From Candidatus Hydrothermarchaeum profundi (lineage in GTDB: Archaea; Hydrothermarchaeota; Hydrothermarchaeia; Hydrothermarchaeales; Hydrothermarchaeaceae): DNA of 64,000 nt. Below the pieces are notes generated by a model that was not told the DNA's origin, made no database searches, and was given only the letters and a program-made list of their open reading frames with translations. A program made the translations under genes and the position numbers. The number at the start of each line of letters is the position of its first letter. Position 1 is the stretch's first letter. The stretch covers positions 1,032,989 through 1,096,988 of the forward strand of contig MTMF02000009.1 in NCBI GenBank assembly GCA_002011125.2, given 5' to 3'. This document shows, piece by piece, positions 41,049 to 50,990 of this stretch.

Positions 41049-42707
41049 TTGATACCAGCGCAAATGAGTGGTCAACCAATTTTGATCCTTAGAGAAGGGT
41101 CAGAGAGAACAAGAGGCAGAGATGCCCAGAGAATGAACATAACTGCGGCCCGCATAATAGCCGAGAGCGTGAAAACCACCCTTGGCCCTCGCGGGATGGA
41201 CAAAATGTTGGTTGATAGTATAGGTGACGTAGTGGTTACAAACGATGGCGTGACCATACTAAAGGAAATGGATGTTGAGCATCCTGCAGCAAAAATGATG
41301 GTGGAGGTTGCTAAAACCCAAGATGATGAGGTAGGTGATGGAACAACCTCGGCAGTTGTAATAGCTGGAGAGCTTCTTAAAAGAGCTGAAGCTCTAATAG
41401 ATCAAGAGATTCATCCGACAGTAGTTGCGGGGGGATATCGTCTCGCAGCTAGTAAGGCAACTGATATAATTAAGAAAATGGGGATCGATGTTTCTATTGA
41501 AGATGATGAGATCCTTAGACAAGTTGCTATGACTGCTATGACGGGTAAAGGAGCTGAGAAGGCTAAAGAATACTTAGCGGATTTAGTTGTCAAGGCAGTT
41601 AAAGCTGTAGCTGAAATTGAGGACGGGGAAATTTCTATTGACACAGATCATATAAAGATAGAGAAAAAAGTGGGAGGAGGAATAAAAGATACTGAGATTA
41701 TTCAAGGGATAGTTATCGATAAAGAGAGGGTTCATTCTTCTATGCCTCGCGTTGTTAAAAATGCTAAGATTCTACTTTTAAACACATCCCTTGAAGTAAA
41801 AAAAACAGAGTTTGATGCAAAGATACAGATCGCAGATCCAGAAAAGATGAAGGCCTTCTTAGATGAAGAGGAGCACATGTTAAGTAGCATGGTAAAACAG
41901 ATCAAAGACTCGGGCGCAGATGTAGTATTCTGTCAAAAGGGTATAGATGATCTAGCTCAGCATTACCTTGCTAAAGAGGGGATCTTTGCCGTTAGACGAG
42001 TAAAGAAGAGTGATATAGAGAAGCTTTCCAGAGCTACAGGTGCAGATATTATAACAAACTTAGAAGACCTCGAAGAAGAAAATCTTGGTTACGCTGGCGT
42101 TGTGGAAGAAGTGAAAATTAGCGACGATGAGATGGTGTTTGTTAGAGAGTGTAAAGATCCAAAGTCAGTGAGTATACTGGTAAGAGGGGGAACAGAACAC
42201 ATAGTTGATGAGTTGGAAAGGACCATTGAAGACTGTCTTGGGGTTGTACCTGCAGCTATATTGGATGGGAAAGTTTTAGCAGGTGGTGGTGCTCCAGAAA
42301 TTGAAATCGCTAAAGAATTAAGAACATATGCGAGGGCGATTGGAGGAAGAGAACAGCTTGCTATTGAGTCCTTCGCAGATTCTTTGGAGGTTATCCCAAG
42401 GTCGCTGGCGGAAAACGCAGGGCTAGATCCTATTGACATGCTCGTTAGTCTCAGGTCTAAACATGAGAAGAATGGTGAGAGATATGGCTTGGATGTCTAT
42501 AAGGGAGAGGTCAAAGATATGTTTAAAGAAGGTGTAATAGAACCCGTTCGAGTTAAGAAGCAAGCGATTGAAAGTGCAAGCGAGGCCGCTGTGATGATAC
42601 TCAGGATAGATGATGTCATACTGGCTTCTTCCTCCGACAAAGGTATGCCTTCTGGAGGAGCTGGCATGGGTGGCATGCCAGGAATGGGCGGAATGCCTCC
42701 AATGTAA
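41049..42707 (+). CDS. ths: thermosome (group II chaperonin) subunit
   Basis: [21 protein letters not shown]-rich C-terminal tail; GGAGGTGG SD. Confidence 0.97.
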   Translation: MIPAQMSGQPILILREGSERTRGRDAQRMNITAARIIAESVKTTLGPRGMDKMLVDSIGDVVVTNDGVTILKEMDVEHPAAKMMVEVAKTQDDEVGDGTTSAVVIAGELLKRAEALIDQEIHPTVVAGGYRLAASKATDIIKKMGIDVSIEDDEILRQVAMTAMTGKGAEKAKEYLADLVVKAVKAVAEIEDGEISIDTDHIKIEKKVGGGIKDTEIIQGIVIDKERVHSSMPRVVKNAKILLLNTSLEVKKTEFDAKIQIADPEKMKAFLDEEEHMLSSMVKQIKDSGADVVFCQKGIDDLAQHYLAKEGIFAVRRVKKSDIEKLSRATGADIITNLEDLEEENLGYAGVVEEVKISDDEMVFVRECKDPKSVSILVRGGTEHIVDELERTIEDCLGVVPAAILDGKVLAGGGAPEIEIAKELRTYARAIGGREQLAIESFADSLEVIPRSLAENAGLDPIDMLVSLRSKHEKNGERYGLDVYKGEVKDMFKEGVIEPVRVKKQAIESASEAAVMILRIDDVILASSSDKGMPSGGAGMGGMPGMGGMPPM

Positions 42708-43364
42708 CTAAAGGTTAATAAGACCTTTATGCAATGCGGTGCCTATTAGGGCACCTTTTATCCCCTTTTTTTCTAGTATAGGCAAGTCGTTTTCTCTAAT
42801 TCCTCCACCATAATACGCTTCAATCTCGTTAAAAGGAATTCTACTAAACAGATCAAAGTTGACTTTGAGAGTTCCAACAGAGGAAATGTTAAGAAAGATA
42901 AATCGGCTGAAACCTTTTTTATGTAAAATCTTAAATGCTTTGTAAGGCTCTTCGGGGAGAATTTTAGACAATACTTTCCCATTCTTAATATCCAGACTAA
43001 ATATACCCTTAGTATAATCTTCTAAGTTTTCAGCATCTTCGAAAGTCTCAGATCCCAGCACTATTTCTACATTTAGCTGTGATATCTCTTTATAGTCTCT
43101 CTTATTCCTTATCCCGGCATCTAGTATTACTTTTTTCTTCTCTGCTATTTTTCTAATTAAGTTTAAATCAGGATTCTTTTTCTCAATGCCATCTAAATCT
43201 GCAATGTATATTCTCTTGAATGGAAGATTTCTCGCTATTTCTATAGGGTTTGAACTCTTGGAGAATATTGTTTTGAGGTCTGTATATTTTTCTCTCTTGC
43301 CAGATTTACCAGAAACGGCTTTTCCTCTACGTATGTCTAACACAGGAATTATCTCCATGCACAA
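42708..43364 (-). CDS. HisA/HisF-related TIM-barrel protein (C1-cofactor-biosynthesis linked)
   Basis: IIPVLD...AV.GKSGKREKY, YIADLDGI, GGGIR, GTALHKG; divergent from mfnB. Confidence 0.82.
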   Translation of the reverse strand: MCMEIIPVLDIRRGKAVSGKSGKREKYTDLKTIFSKSSNPIEIARNLPFKRIYIADLDGIEKKNPDLNLIRKIAEKKKVILDAGIRNKRDYKEISQLNVEIVLGSETFEDAENLEDYTKGIFSLDIKNGKVLSKILPEEPYKAFKILHKKGFSRFIFLNISSVGTLKVNFDLFSRIPFNEIEAYYGGGIRENDLPILEKKGIKGALIGTALHKGLINL

Positions 43365-43397
43365 AATTTTAATACCTAGGTATTTTAATTTGGCGTT

Positions 43398-44090
43398 ATG
43401 AGGCTACTCATTAGTCCTATTGATGTTGAGGAAGCAGTTATAGCGGCGAGTGCAGGGGCGGATATAATCGATGTAAAAAACCCTCGTGAGGGCTCGTTAG
43501 GAGCTAACTTTCCATGGGTGATTAAACAGATAAGGGAAGCTTTACCTCCGAGAATTGAGGTGAGTGCGACCCTTGGTGACTTAGATTTTAAGCCAGGGAC
43601 AGCTGCATTGGCAGCTTTTGGCTTATCTTCTCTTGGAGTGGACTACATAAAAGCCGGATTATATGGTATGAAGAGTAGAGAGCAAGTTATTGAGATCTCA
43701 GAGAAGATTGCAAGATCTATTGAATCCAAGGCCAATCTGGTCTTGGCGGCATATGCGGATTATAAGGAGATAAATTCGATCTCTCCTATGATGCTGCCGG
43801 AGATTGCAGCGAAGGTAGGGGCCTATGGAGTGATGATTGATACAGCTCAAAAGAATGGTAGAACATTACTTGACCACCTTGAACTAGAGAAATTGGAAGA
43901 GTTTGTTAAACTCTCTAAAGATCTTGATTTAATGGTTGCTCTAGCTGGTTCACTAGGCTTTAGGGAGATATTAGAACTAAAGAAGGTGAAGCCCGACATA
44001 ATAGGTGTTAGAGGCTTGGTGTGTGATGGAGACAGAGTACGTGGAAGAATTTCAGAAGAAAAAGTTAGGCAACTGGTATCTATCCTCTAG
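43398..44090 (+). CDS. mfnB: (5-formylfuran-3-yl)methyl phosphate synthase, methanofuran biosynthesis
   Basis: LLISP, DIIDVKNPREGSLGANFPW, SATLGD, DYIK.G, ALAGSL, IIGVRG.VC. Confidence 0.93.
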   Translation: MRLLISPIDVEEAVIAASAGADIIDVKNPREGSLGANFPWVIKQIREALPPRIEVSATLGDLDFKPGTAALAAFGLSSLGVDYIKAGLYGMKSREQVIEISEKIARSIESKANLVLAAYADYKEINSISPMMLPEIAAKVGAYGVMIDTAQKNGRTLLDHLELEKLEEFVKLSKDLDLMVALAGSLGFREILELKKVKPDIIGVRGLVCDGDRVRGRISEEKVRQLVSIL

Positions 44091-44835
44091 AATAACCTGC
44101 CATATCTAGTGTAGCGTATCCAAAACCTTGACTTTTAACAATTTTAGATATCTCATTTCTTCTTTCTAGGATTCTCCTCATATCTTCGTCTGGCACTTCT
44201 ATCCTCAGAAGGGCGCCATGCGCTCTGGCCCTTACTCGGGGGAATCCTAGTTTTCTGATTTCATTCTCTATTATACGAAGCTTTTCTACGGCTCTTTTTG
44301 TTATATCGGTATAAGTTGGAAACCTCGTGGCTAGGCAGCTTTCTTGTCCCTCACTTTTTAAATTAAATCTTTTTGCTATTTCTCTTATTTCCTTCTTTTC
44401 CAATCCTATATCAAATAATGGTGCTAACACACCTTCCTCTTTCAATGCTACTAATGCTGCTTGGTAGTCTTTTATCGCTGACTTAGTTGTAGCATCTATC
44501 ACGTAATTATAGTCCTCCCTCCGCCTTATATCTTCTAGTGCTCTAAGAATCTCTTTTTTACAAATGTAACATCTCTCCGGCGAGTTCTCTGTGAAGACTT
44601 TGTCATCTAGGAGGTCTATCTTTACTACTTCATGCTTAAGCCCTAGAGCCTTTGCACTCTCTTTTATCTCTTCTAGGTTTCGAAGCATCCCATTGTCGAC
44701 AGTTACTGCTATGAACTGCTTCCCCATGTTTTTCATAAAACAAGCCAAAAATGAGCTGTCTAGACCTCCTGAGAATGCTAATACGAATTTATCCAAAGGC
44801 TTGAGAAACTCTTCCAGCTCTTCAAGCTTATCCAT
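44080..44835 (-). CDS. LarE-like PP-loop ATP-dependent sulfur transferase
   Basis: AFSGGLDS, ERCYICKK, SCLATRFP, VRARAHG...RIEV, TLDMAGY. Confidence 0.83.
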   Translation of the reverse strand: MDKLEELEEFLKPLDKFVLAFSGGLDSSFLACFMKNMGKQFIAVTVDNGMLRNLEEIKESAKALGLKHEVVKIDLLDDKVFTENSPERCYICKKEILRALEDIRRREDYNYVIDATTKSAIKDYQAALVALKEEGVLAPLFDIGLEKKEIREIAKRFNLKSEGQESCLATRFPTYTDITKRAVEKLRIIENEIRKLGFPRVRARAHGALLRIEVPDEDMRRILERRNEISKIVKSQGFGYATLDMAGYSRG

Positions 44836-44925
44836 GCCATTAGAGCAGTTTTATAACTTTGGTAATTAAATTTAATAGGAAAGTTAAAATAGAGTAAACT
44901 GGTTTAATGCTATATCGGTGGTAAA

Positions 44926-45195
44926 ATGGAACTCCCCTTTAATCTGAAGGATATAAAGCCGGGAACATTCTCCTACTTAACTAGGAGAAAGCTGGAAAAC
45001 AAGGAAGGTGAAGAGACAGGCGAGATCTTCCTATGGAAAAAAATCGATGAGGAAGAGTCGAGCTACATAATGAGATGCCCATTCTGCGAGGAAGAGCAGC
45101 AGGGGAGAGTCCTATTAAAAAAACGCCCTTATAGAGTAAAATGCTCATCCTGCGGGAGGACAGTGAATCTGCCAAAGCTAAATCCAAAAAAATGA
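44926..45195 (+). CDS. small zinc-ribbon protein
   Basis: CPFC...CSSCG; its stop overlaps the next start (ATGA). Confidence 0.75.
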   Translation: MELPFNLKDIKPGTFSYLTRRKLENKEGEETGEIFLWKKIDEEESSYIMRCPFCEEEQQGRVLLKKRPYRVKCSSCGRTVNLPKLNPKK

Positions 45196-46007
45196 GATTA
45201 AAAATCATAATAGTAATGTTGTTACTAGCCGGATGCTTATCCCAAGGCGGGCCTTCAGTGACTCCGCAGGCAACCGCTAAGGCAAGTATAGCTGGAGTAG
45301 AATATGGAGACAATGTGTCAGTGGACTTTATAGGTATCGTTAAAAGTACAGGAGAGGTTTTCGATACTACCGAAGAAGATATAGCGATGGACCCGAATAT
45401 TCCAAAGATAACCGGATTTGTGCCGAGGGAAAGCTATGAGCCACTTAGTTTTATAGTTGGTAGCGGAGAAATTATCCCAGAATTCGAGGAAGCTATTCTA
45501 GGCCTGAAAGAAGGTGAAGAAGCAACAATTGAACTGCCTCCGGAGAAGGCTTTTGGTGAAGTAGATCCAAATTTAATAGTCTCGTCTCCTAGGAATGCCG
45601 AGTTCAGCATAGTGGAAGAGGTCTCGCTCGAAAACTACGTTATGGCTATGAAGAAAGAGCCTATAGTAGGGGATATCGTTAATGTAACACCCTATTGGTC
45701 AACTGAAATAACTAATATCACAAATGGAACAGTCGTGCTTACTCATCTACCAGTTAATGATTCAATAGTTAAGACCGCCTATGGGCCCGCGAGAGTTACT
45801 ACTAATGGTACTACGATTTTTATGAGACTCTTACCGGAGATTAATACAACGGTATATAGTGTTTACGGGGGGATCGGAAAGATCATCGATTTTAATGAGA
45901 GCTTTGTCACGGTAGATTTCAACCACCCACTAGCTGGGGAGACTTTAATATTTAAAATAAAAGTGAGAAATATAATAAAGAAGTCGGAGACGATAGAAAC
46001 CTCATGA
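45192..46007 (+). CDS. FKBP/SlyD-type peptidyl-prolyl isomerase with lipoprotein signal
   Basis: MRLKIIIVMLLLAGC lipobox; GEVFDT, PLSFIVGSG, LPPEKAFG, VDFNHPLAG. ATG at 45192 preferred over track start 45141. Confidence 0.9.
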   Translation: MRLKIIIVMLLLAGCLSQGGPSVTPQATAKASIAGVEYGDNVSVDFIGIVKSTGEVFDTTEEDIAMDPNIPKITGFVPRESYEPLSFIVGSGEIIPEFEEAILGLKEGEEATIELPPEKAFGEVDPNLIVSSPRNAEFSIVEEVSLENYVMAMKKEPIVGDIVNVTPYWSTEITNITNGTVVLTHLPVNDSIVKTAYGPARVTTNGTTIFMRLLPEINTTVYSVYGGIGKIIDFNESFVTVDFNHPLAGETLIFKIKVRNIIKKSETIETS

Positions 46008-46010
46008 ACA

Positions 46011-46096
46011 GCGGGGGTGGTCGAGCTTGGCTAAGGCGCGGGACTCAAGATCCCGTGGACGTAGGTCCATCAAGGGTTCAAATCCCTTCCCCCGCA
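46011..46096 (+). tRNA. tRNA-Leu(CAA)
   Basis: Acceptor stem GCGGGGG/CCCCCGC plus discriminator A, anticodon stem CGGGA/TCCCG with loop CTCAAGA, long variable arm, T-loop GTTCAAATC; no encoded CCA and no intron. Confidence 0.96.
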
Positions 46097-46119
46097 TATC
46101 TTATTATCGCCCATCTGAG

Positions 46120-46184
46120 CATGATTCTTGCTTTTTTCTCGTAAATATCACCTAATTATCCCCATGCTTTAGACAAGAATCATG
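46120..46184. repeat. perfect 11-bp inverted repeat CATGATTCTTG...CAAGAATCATG
   Basis: Arms at 46120-46130 and 46174-46184 with a 43-bp spacer, just 3' of the tRNA. Confidence 0.7.
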
Positions 46185-46475
46185 AAAAAACAATACTAAC
46201 CCGGATAAAAGTGCCATTCGAGGCGAGGGATTTTTCTGATAAAGCTAATGTTCCTATCGATCCAGGAGGCATCAATAAAACGATTTGGGGTATATGAAGT
46301 TGCTCAACAGGGCAGTTTGAGCGAAAATGCCACGTGGTCAGAGCGGCTGAAAAGAGCAGAGAAAGACTGATGTCAGTAATTTCCTCAACCACCCGCCCTT
46401 AAATAGACAAATCATATAATAGAAGGCGCGCTAATAAGAAAATTTAATAAAAAATCTAAAATATAATTTGTAATA

Positions 46476-47795
46476 ATGAAAATTCCAAAATTATCAATAA
46501 TTATAATTGTGGTTGTAGTAGTTGGAATTGCCATTATTTTCAGTTCTAAATTTTTATTTGACCTGCAAAGACTATCTGAAAAAAGGTTCCAACCTGAATT
46601 TGAAAACCCCTTTGTTACCGGCTCAGAAGAATTAAAGTCCTGTTTGCGTAAAACTATTGGGGACAAAGCTTTTGAAGAAATTGCTCAGAATAAACGTCAA
46701 ATAACAAACACTGAAAGAAAAGATGTGGAAACCTGTTTTGAATTAGAAAGAGCCAGAAATGAAAACACACCAGCTCCTACCAAAGAATTTTTTGAGAGTG
46801 ACCTAGTTGATACGAGTCAATTGAGTCGCAACTATCCAGAATTTATTATATGCGAATATGTTTCTGAAATGGATGTCATTCCCATGGTTTTTGAGCTTGA
46901 AAAGTTCAAAGAAGCTGGCTTAAACACAATCTGTATTTATCTCACACCACCAAGGTACAGTCCTACTATGTCGCCAAAAGATAAAGAAGCTGAATGGCGA
47001 ATTCTTAAAATCAAATGGGCGGTTGGCAAGATAAAAAAGGCTGGTTTTGCTGTTTTATTGGATCAAGATGTAGGAGCTGGTTCCAAAGAAGGCGAATTGT
47101 TAGTAACCAAGGGTACATCTGATGAGTTGCTCTCAGAAATGGAAGATGAAAATCTTATGTGGGCAAGAGTGGCTGAAGAGTATAAAATTGAATATCTTTC
47201 ACCTTTTGGTGAAATTGAAGATAAACTTGACTGGTTTTTGGAAAAGGAAGGTTTAACAAAAGAAAAAAGGATCGCCAAAACTAATGAATGGCTCTCCCAA
47301 CTCGCACCAAAGCTAAGAGAGGTATATAAGGGCAGGCTTATCGCTCATTATGGCAAGTTATATCCGGAACTTGATCCAACGGGCTATGATTACTTCGGCA
47401 GTACTGTAGATATTGGTCCCTTAACTGATCCTACGGAACTTAATGAATTCCGCCAGATGATAAGAGATACCTATCAAGTAGCGCTTGCTTTAGAAGAAAG
47501 AACTAAGTCCGAGTGGATAATTCCAGAAATCTTTTTTGCCTATGAGGAGCTAAATGTTGGACCAGATATTCAAAAGAAATATGAAGAATATGGAGAGCAA
47601 TTAAAAGAACTTCAGGATGATTATTTCAGGATAACCTTTGAGGAAATTTTAAATCTTCCTCCAGAAAAAAGACCTAGAGGGGTTGAAACTGGTGGATATG
47701 TGCTTGACTTTGGTGGATATGGGCCAGTAACATTTTCACCATTAACTGACGAAGCACGTAGTGAGATTAAAAAGTTTCTCAGTCAAATAGAATGA
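46476..47795 (+). CDS. membrane-anchored/exported TIM-barrel protein, GH113-like
   Basis: N-terminal TM; WARVAEEYKIEYLSPFGE...LREVYKGRL and IIPE resemble GH113/GH-A clan motifs (by eye). Confidence 0.6.
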   Translation: MKIPKLSIIIIVVVVVGIAIIFSSKFLFDLQRLSEKRFQPEFENPFVTGSEELKSCLRKTIGDKAFEEIAQNKRQITNTERKDVETCFELERARNENTPAPTKEFFESDLVDTSQLSRNYPEFIICEYVSEMDVIPMVFELEKFKEAGLNTICIYLTPPRYSPTMSPKDKEAEWRILKIKWAVGKIKKAGFAVLLDQDVGAGSKEGELLVTKGTSDELLSEMEDENLMWARVAEEYKIEYLSPFGEIEDKLDWFLEKEGLTKEKRIAKTNEWLSQLAPKLREVYKGRLIAHYGKLYPELDPTGYDYFGSTVDIGPLTDPTELNEFRQMIRDTYQVALALEERTKSEWIIPEIFFAYEELNVGPDIQKKYEEYGEQLKELQDDYFRITFEEILNLPPEKRPRGVETGGYVLDFGGYGPVTFSPLTDEARSEIKKFLSQIE

Positions 47796-47857
47796 GTGTT
47801 ATAAAAGATTCATAATAATCTATCTTAAACATCAACCAATCAGAGTATGGCTTTAGA

Positions 47858-48799
47858 ATGAAAAAAAATCACAATCTCAGCTGTTATCATAGCTGTTATC
47901 ATAGTTGGGGTTATTCTTTCTCAAATCTGGGGTTTTCCAAACTATCCAGAAGAGCCGACCCTCAAACGGGCATTGCCCATATCTCTATACGACCTTAAGC
48001 GGGTTGCGAAGCACGCGAAAAAGTATTTGATTGAAAACTGCCTTTTACTCGCAGATGATTGGAACAGCAATAGCTTCTGATGATGGGAATGTTCCAATCC
48101 CATGTCCAAAAGATGGCTTTAGCCTAGAGTGGTGGGAAAAACATATGGACGAACTGGAAAGGTGGAATGTCTACAATGCAAGAACAGCAGAAGCAACAGG
48201 CGTTGATTACCTTCTCGTGCAACCAGCAATATCTGCTTATCCTGTTGAAGAATACAACAATGAGCAATATCCAAACTACAACCAAAGAATGAATGAAATC
48301 ATCAAAAAAATGAGAAACTACTACAGCAACAAATTGGTTGCGGAGATGGTGGGGTTGCCAGGAGTTGACACTACTTATTCCATAGATTACTGCATGGATG
48401 CAGATATTGTTTCAGCACGGTTGCAGGAATCCTGGGACAGAGTAAGTGTTTCAACTTCACAAGAAGAAGCTAACAGAATAATGGCAGAGGATGTGGACAA
48501 ATACAGTAGGGCATCTGAATTATCTGGCAAGCGTTTTATTATGCAACAACTCAGCGTAGGGAGTCTTGATTACCCTAACAATCCCAGCAAGGAGCAGATA
48601 GAAAACCACTGGGAAAGGCAGAAGAAGGTGCTGAATGCCTTCTTTAATGCGGCTAATGATAGAGACTGGATTGAAGGGATATAGCTGTTCCCATATAATT
48701 TTTTCGACTCAATAGAAAAAAATCGCCCCAGACTTCAGAGGAAAAACTGCAGATAAAATGGCCGCGGCCTGGACAAGGAAAATTTCACAAAAATTTTGA
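47858..48799 (+). pseudogene. frameshifted paralog of the GH113-like exported protein
   Basis: ATG 47858 then A8 run; frame-corrected signal MKKITISAVIIAVIIVGVIL; second shift near 48027-48030; track ORF 48031-48684 (ARTAEATGVDYL...MRNYYSNKL); premature TAG; tail APDFRGKTADKMAAAW ends at TGA 48799. Confidence 0.7.
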
Positions 48800-48949
48800 A
48801 TGTTTGCCTTAGGTGGCTCCTGATTGTACCTTAAAGCTACGTCACGTAAAAAAGACTTTTAACTTCTCTAGTTCAGACCCGAGTTTGTACCTATTTCCCC
48901 GCATCATTTATACTTTTTTGTAAAATAAGGCCAAATTCTATGTATAATC

Positions 48950-49730
48950 CATTCATGGAATTGGAAATCTAGCTCTAAAAGTAATCCTCAAAGCCAACAT
49001 GATCAAAATAAACACAGCGAGGTATACCATTCTATAGAAAACTACTGTCCCTCTTTATCAAGAAAGATATAGCGTTCCAACAAAAGCGAGGAATCCTACA
49101 TAAAAAGAGAGCCTAATAAAAATGGCGGTTGATCTGCCACAAGGATCAAAGCTACTAAAAAAATTCCAGAGAGCCCAGCGACTATCAAAATAGAATAGCT
49201 AATATGCATAACTCCCTTTTCAGGATTGAGAACCGAGGAAGTAAGGAGATAAAGTATTATAAAGAACAAAAGTAAGACACAAACATTAAAAATAGATTCT
49301 CAAACAAGCCTTTAAATCAGGCATAAACTGTGATTTAGTCATGATAATATATTATAGTGCTAAGCAATGGGAGAATCTCGTTAGGTTTTTACAAAAAAGT
49401 CTAATCATCTGATGAGGAGCTAAGTGCATTATCACTATACTAGGCTCTTTTGACGCAGGCTATTAAGATTTTAATCATATCCTTTTTATGCTAAAACTTA
49501 AAGATAACCCGAAATCTTATTTTGAGGGTTGTTTTTTTCGGAAAGAGATACTCCTATAAACCCCTACTTTTTGTTTAAGAATTGAAAGGTATTAGAAAAA
49601 GGTATTTTTTGGCTTAGATGAGAACCAAAAACTAGAATTGTCAGAGTTCCTTATGCTTGATGGTAACTCATTGTGCCCATAATCTCGTTAGAAACTGTTC
49701 AACTTCGAGTTCGGTCGGCTCTCTTATATG
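48950..49730 (+). mobile_element. highly degraded DDE transposase remnant (IS4 superfamily-like)
   Basis: No long ORF; fragments ILKQAFKSGINCDLVM, LRIERY*KKVFFGLDENQ and LCLMVTHCAHNLV resemble IS4/IS701-type motifs. Boundaries are approximate. Confidence 0.35.
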
Positions 49731-49986
49731 ATATTTTTCTAACAACTTTTTCCTATATTTTTGAAAGCTAATTTTATTACTTACCATAGGCTGTCCACAG
49801 TTAACTAATAGATTACTTTAATTCCCAAGTATTTTCGGTTTACGTGCGTGATTGTGGAGGTATACATATATGCACCTCTAGATTTTCATATAGAGTTGGA
49901 TTAACTATGCGTAGCTCACTAATTCAAAAAAATACAATATTCTGTTTCTAAAAACTATTAAAATCGATTTTTCTCAAAAACCGAAC

Positions 49987-50925
49987 TTACTTCTTCTTTT
50001 TTTCTTTTACTAGTTCAGATATAGTAGTGGCAGTAAAAACCTTCCCCTCGGGATGATAAATGTTTACAAGAGAACAATCAGACAATAAGTCTTCAAGAGA
50101 TTTTAATGCTTCTGGATGGCATGTAGCCCCGAGAGCGCAGGCAGAGGTTGCTCTTAATTCTTCCCTTGGGCTTCTTATAAGCTCCTTTAATTTTGGTACT
50201 GCATCCTTAATAAGTTCAGGCTCTTTCGTACCGATTAAGGCAAGAGCTTGGGCAACGTTTTCTTCAACAGGGGGAGAGCTATCTAAAAGCCTAATCAAAG
50301 TGGGTACGGCTTTCTTAACTAGCTCTGGGTTCTGGCTGCCTATTAGCCCCACGATATAGGCAGCGTTAATACGAACTACCTCGTTGTCATCTTCTAATGC
50401 TTTTATAAATTTATTTGCGTAGTCCAAAACCAGCGTAGGGTTTCCTTTGGCGAGTAACGCTAAAGCGCAGGCCGAGTTTGCTCTATAAATGTCCTCTCCT
50501 TTCTCAAAGGTTTTCAGTAAAAGAGGCACAGCATCCTTAACTAGTTCAGGATCATCCTCGCCTATTAGAGCTAATGCATAAGCCGCGTATCTACGTATGC
50601 CTAAGTGCTTTTCCTTTAGAAGTTCAATAATTTTTTTTACCTTAGATTTTATAGCGTCTGGCATAATCTCTGAAATTTGAGCTACTGCGAATATAGCGCT
50701 ATGACGAATTTCCACTTCTTCATCTTCAAGCAATTCTAATACATTAGGGACAATTGCTTCTAGTAAGAGGGGGTTCTCTTCTGCTAACCTACTCGCTACG
50801 TGAAGGGCCTTGATCTTATGTTCTTTGCTAGTACTAGCTAGAAGTTTTTTTAACTCTTCTAGGCGGCTTTCATTTTCCATTATTAGATTCACTATTTCTT
50901 CCTCAGATTTTTCTGACAGTTCCAT
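49987..50925 (-). CDS. HEAT-repeat protein
   Basis: Tandem repeats of R..AA.AL.LIG...PELVK.AVP.L..LL. Confidence 0.9.
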   Translation of the reverse strand: MELSEKSEEEIVNLIMENESRLEELKKLLASTSKEHKIKALHVASRLAEENPLLLEAIVPNVLELLEDEEVEIRHSAIFAVAQISEIMPDAIKSKVKKIIELLKEKHLGIRRYAAYALALIGEDDPELVKDAVPLLLKTFEKGEDIYRANSACALALLAKGNPTLVLDYANKFIKALEDDNEVVRINAAYIVGLIGSQNPELVKKAVPTLIRLLDSSPPVEENVAQALALIGTKEPELIKDAVPKLKELIRSPREELRATSACALGATCHPEALKSLEDLLSDCSLVNIYHPEGKVFTATTISELVKEKKKK

Positions 50926-50990
50926 AGATGAATAGAAAAAAATTAGCGAATGAAAAACTTATCATTAGGTAAAAATAGAGGGCTATAATC

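Noticed and set aside
46180-46392. Short ORFs on both strands just after the tRNA as an integrase remnant
   Set aside because: No tyrosine-recombinase R-H-R-Y motifs seen in the frames I read.
48682-48684. In-frame TAG in the GH113-like paralog as possible pyrrolysine read-through
   Set aside because: The same gene has several frameshifts and no pyl genes are visible; pseudogenisation is simpler.
48895-48904. TTCCCCGCAT as attR copy of the tRNA-Leu 3' end (TTCCCCCGCAT)
   Set aside because: Only 8 nt match exactly; the position is suggestive but too short to separate from chance.
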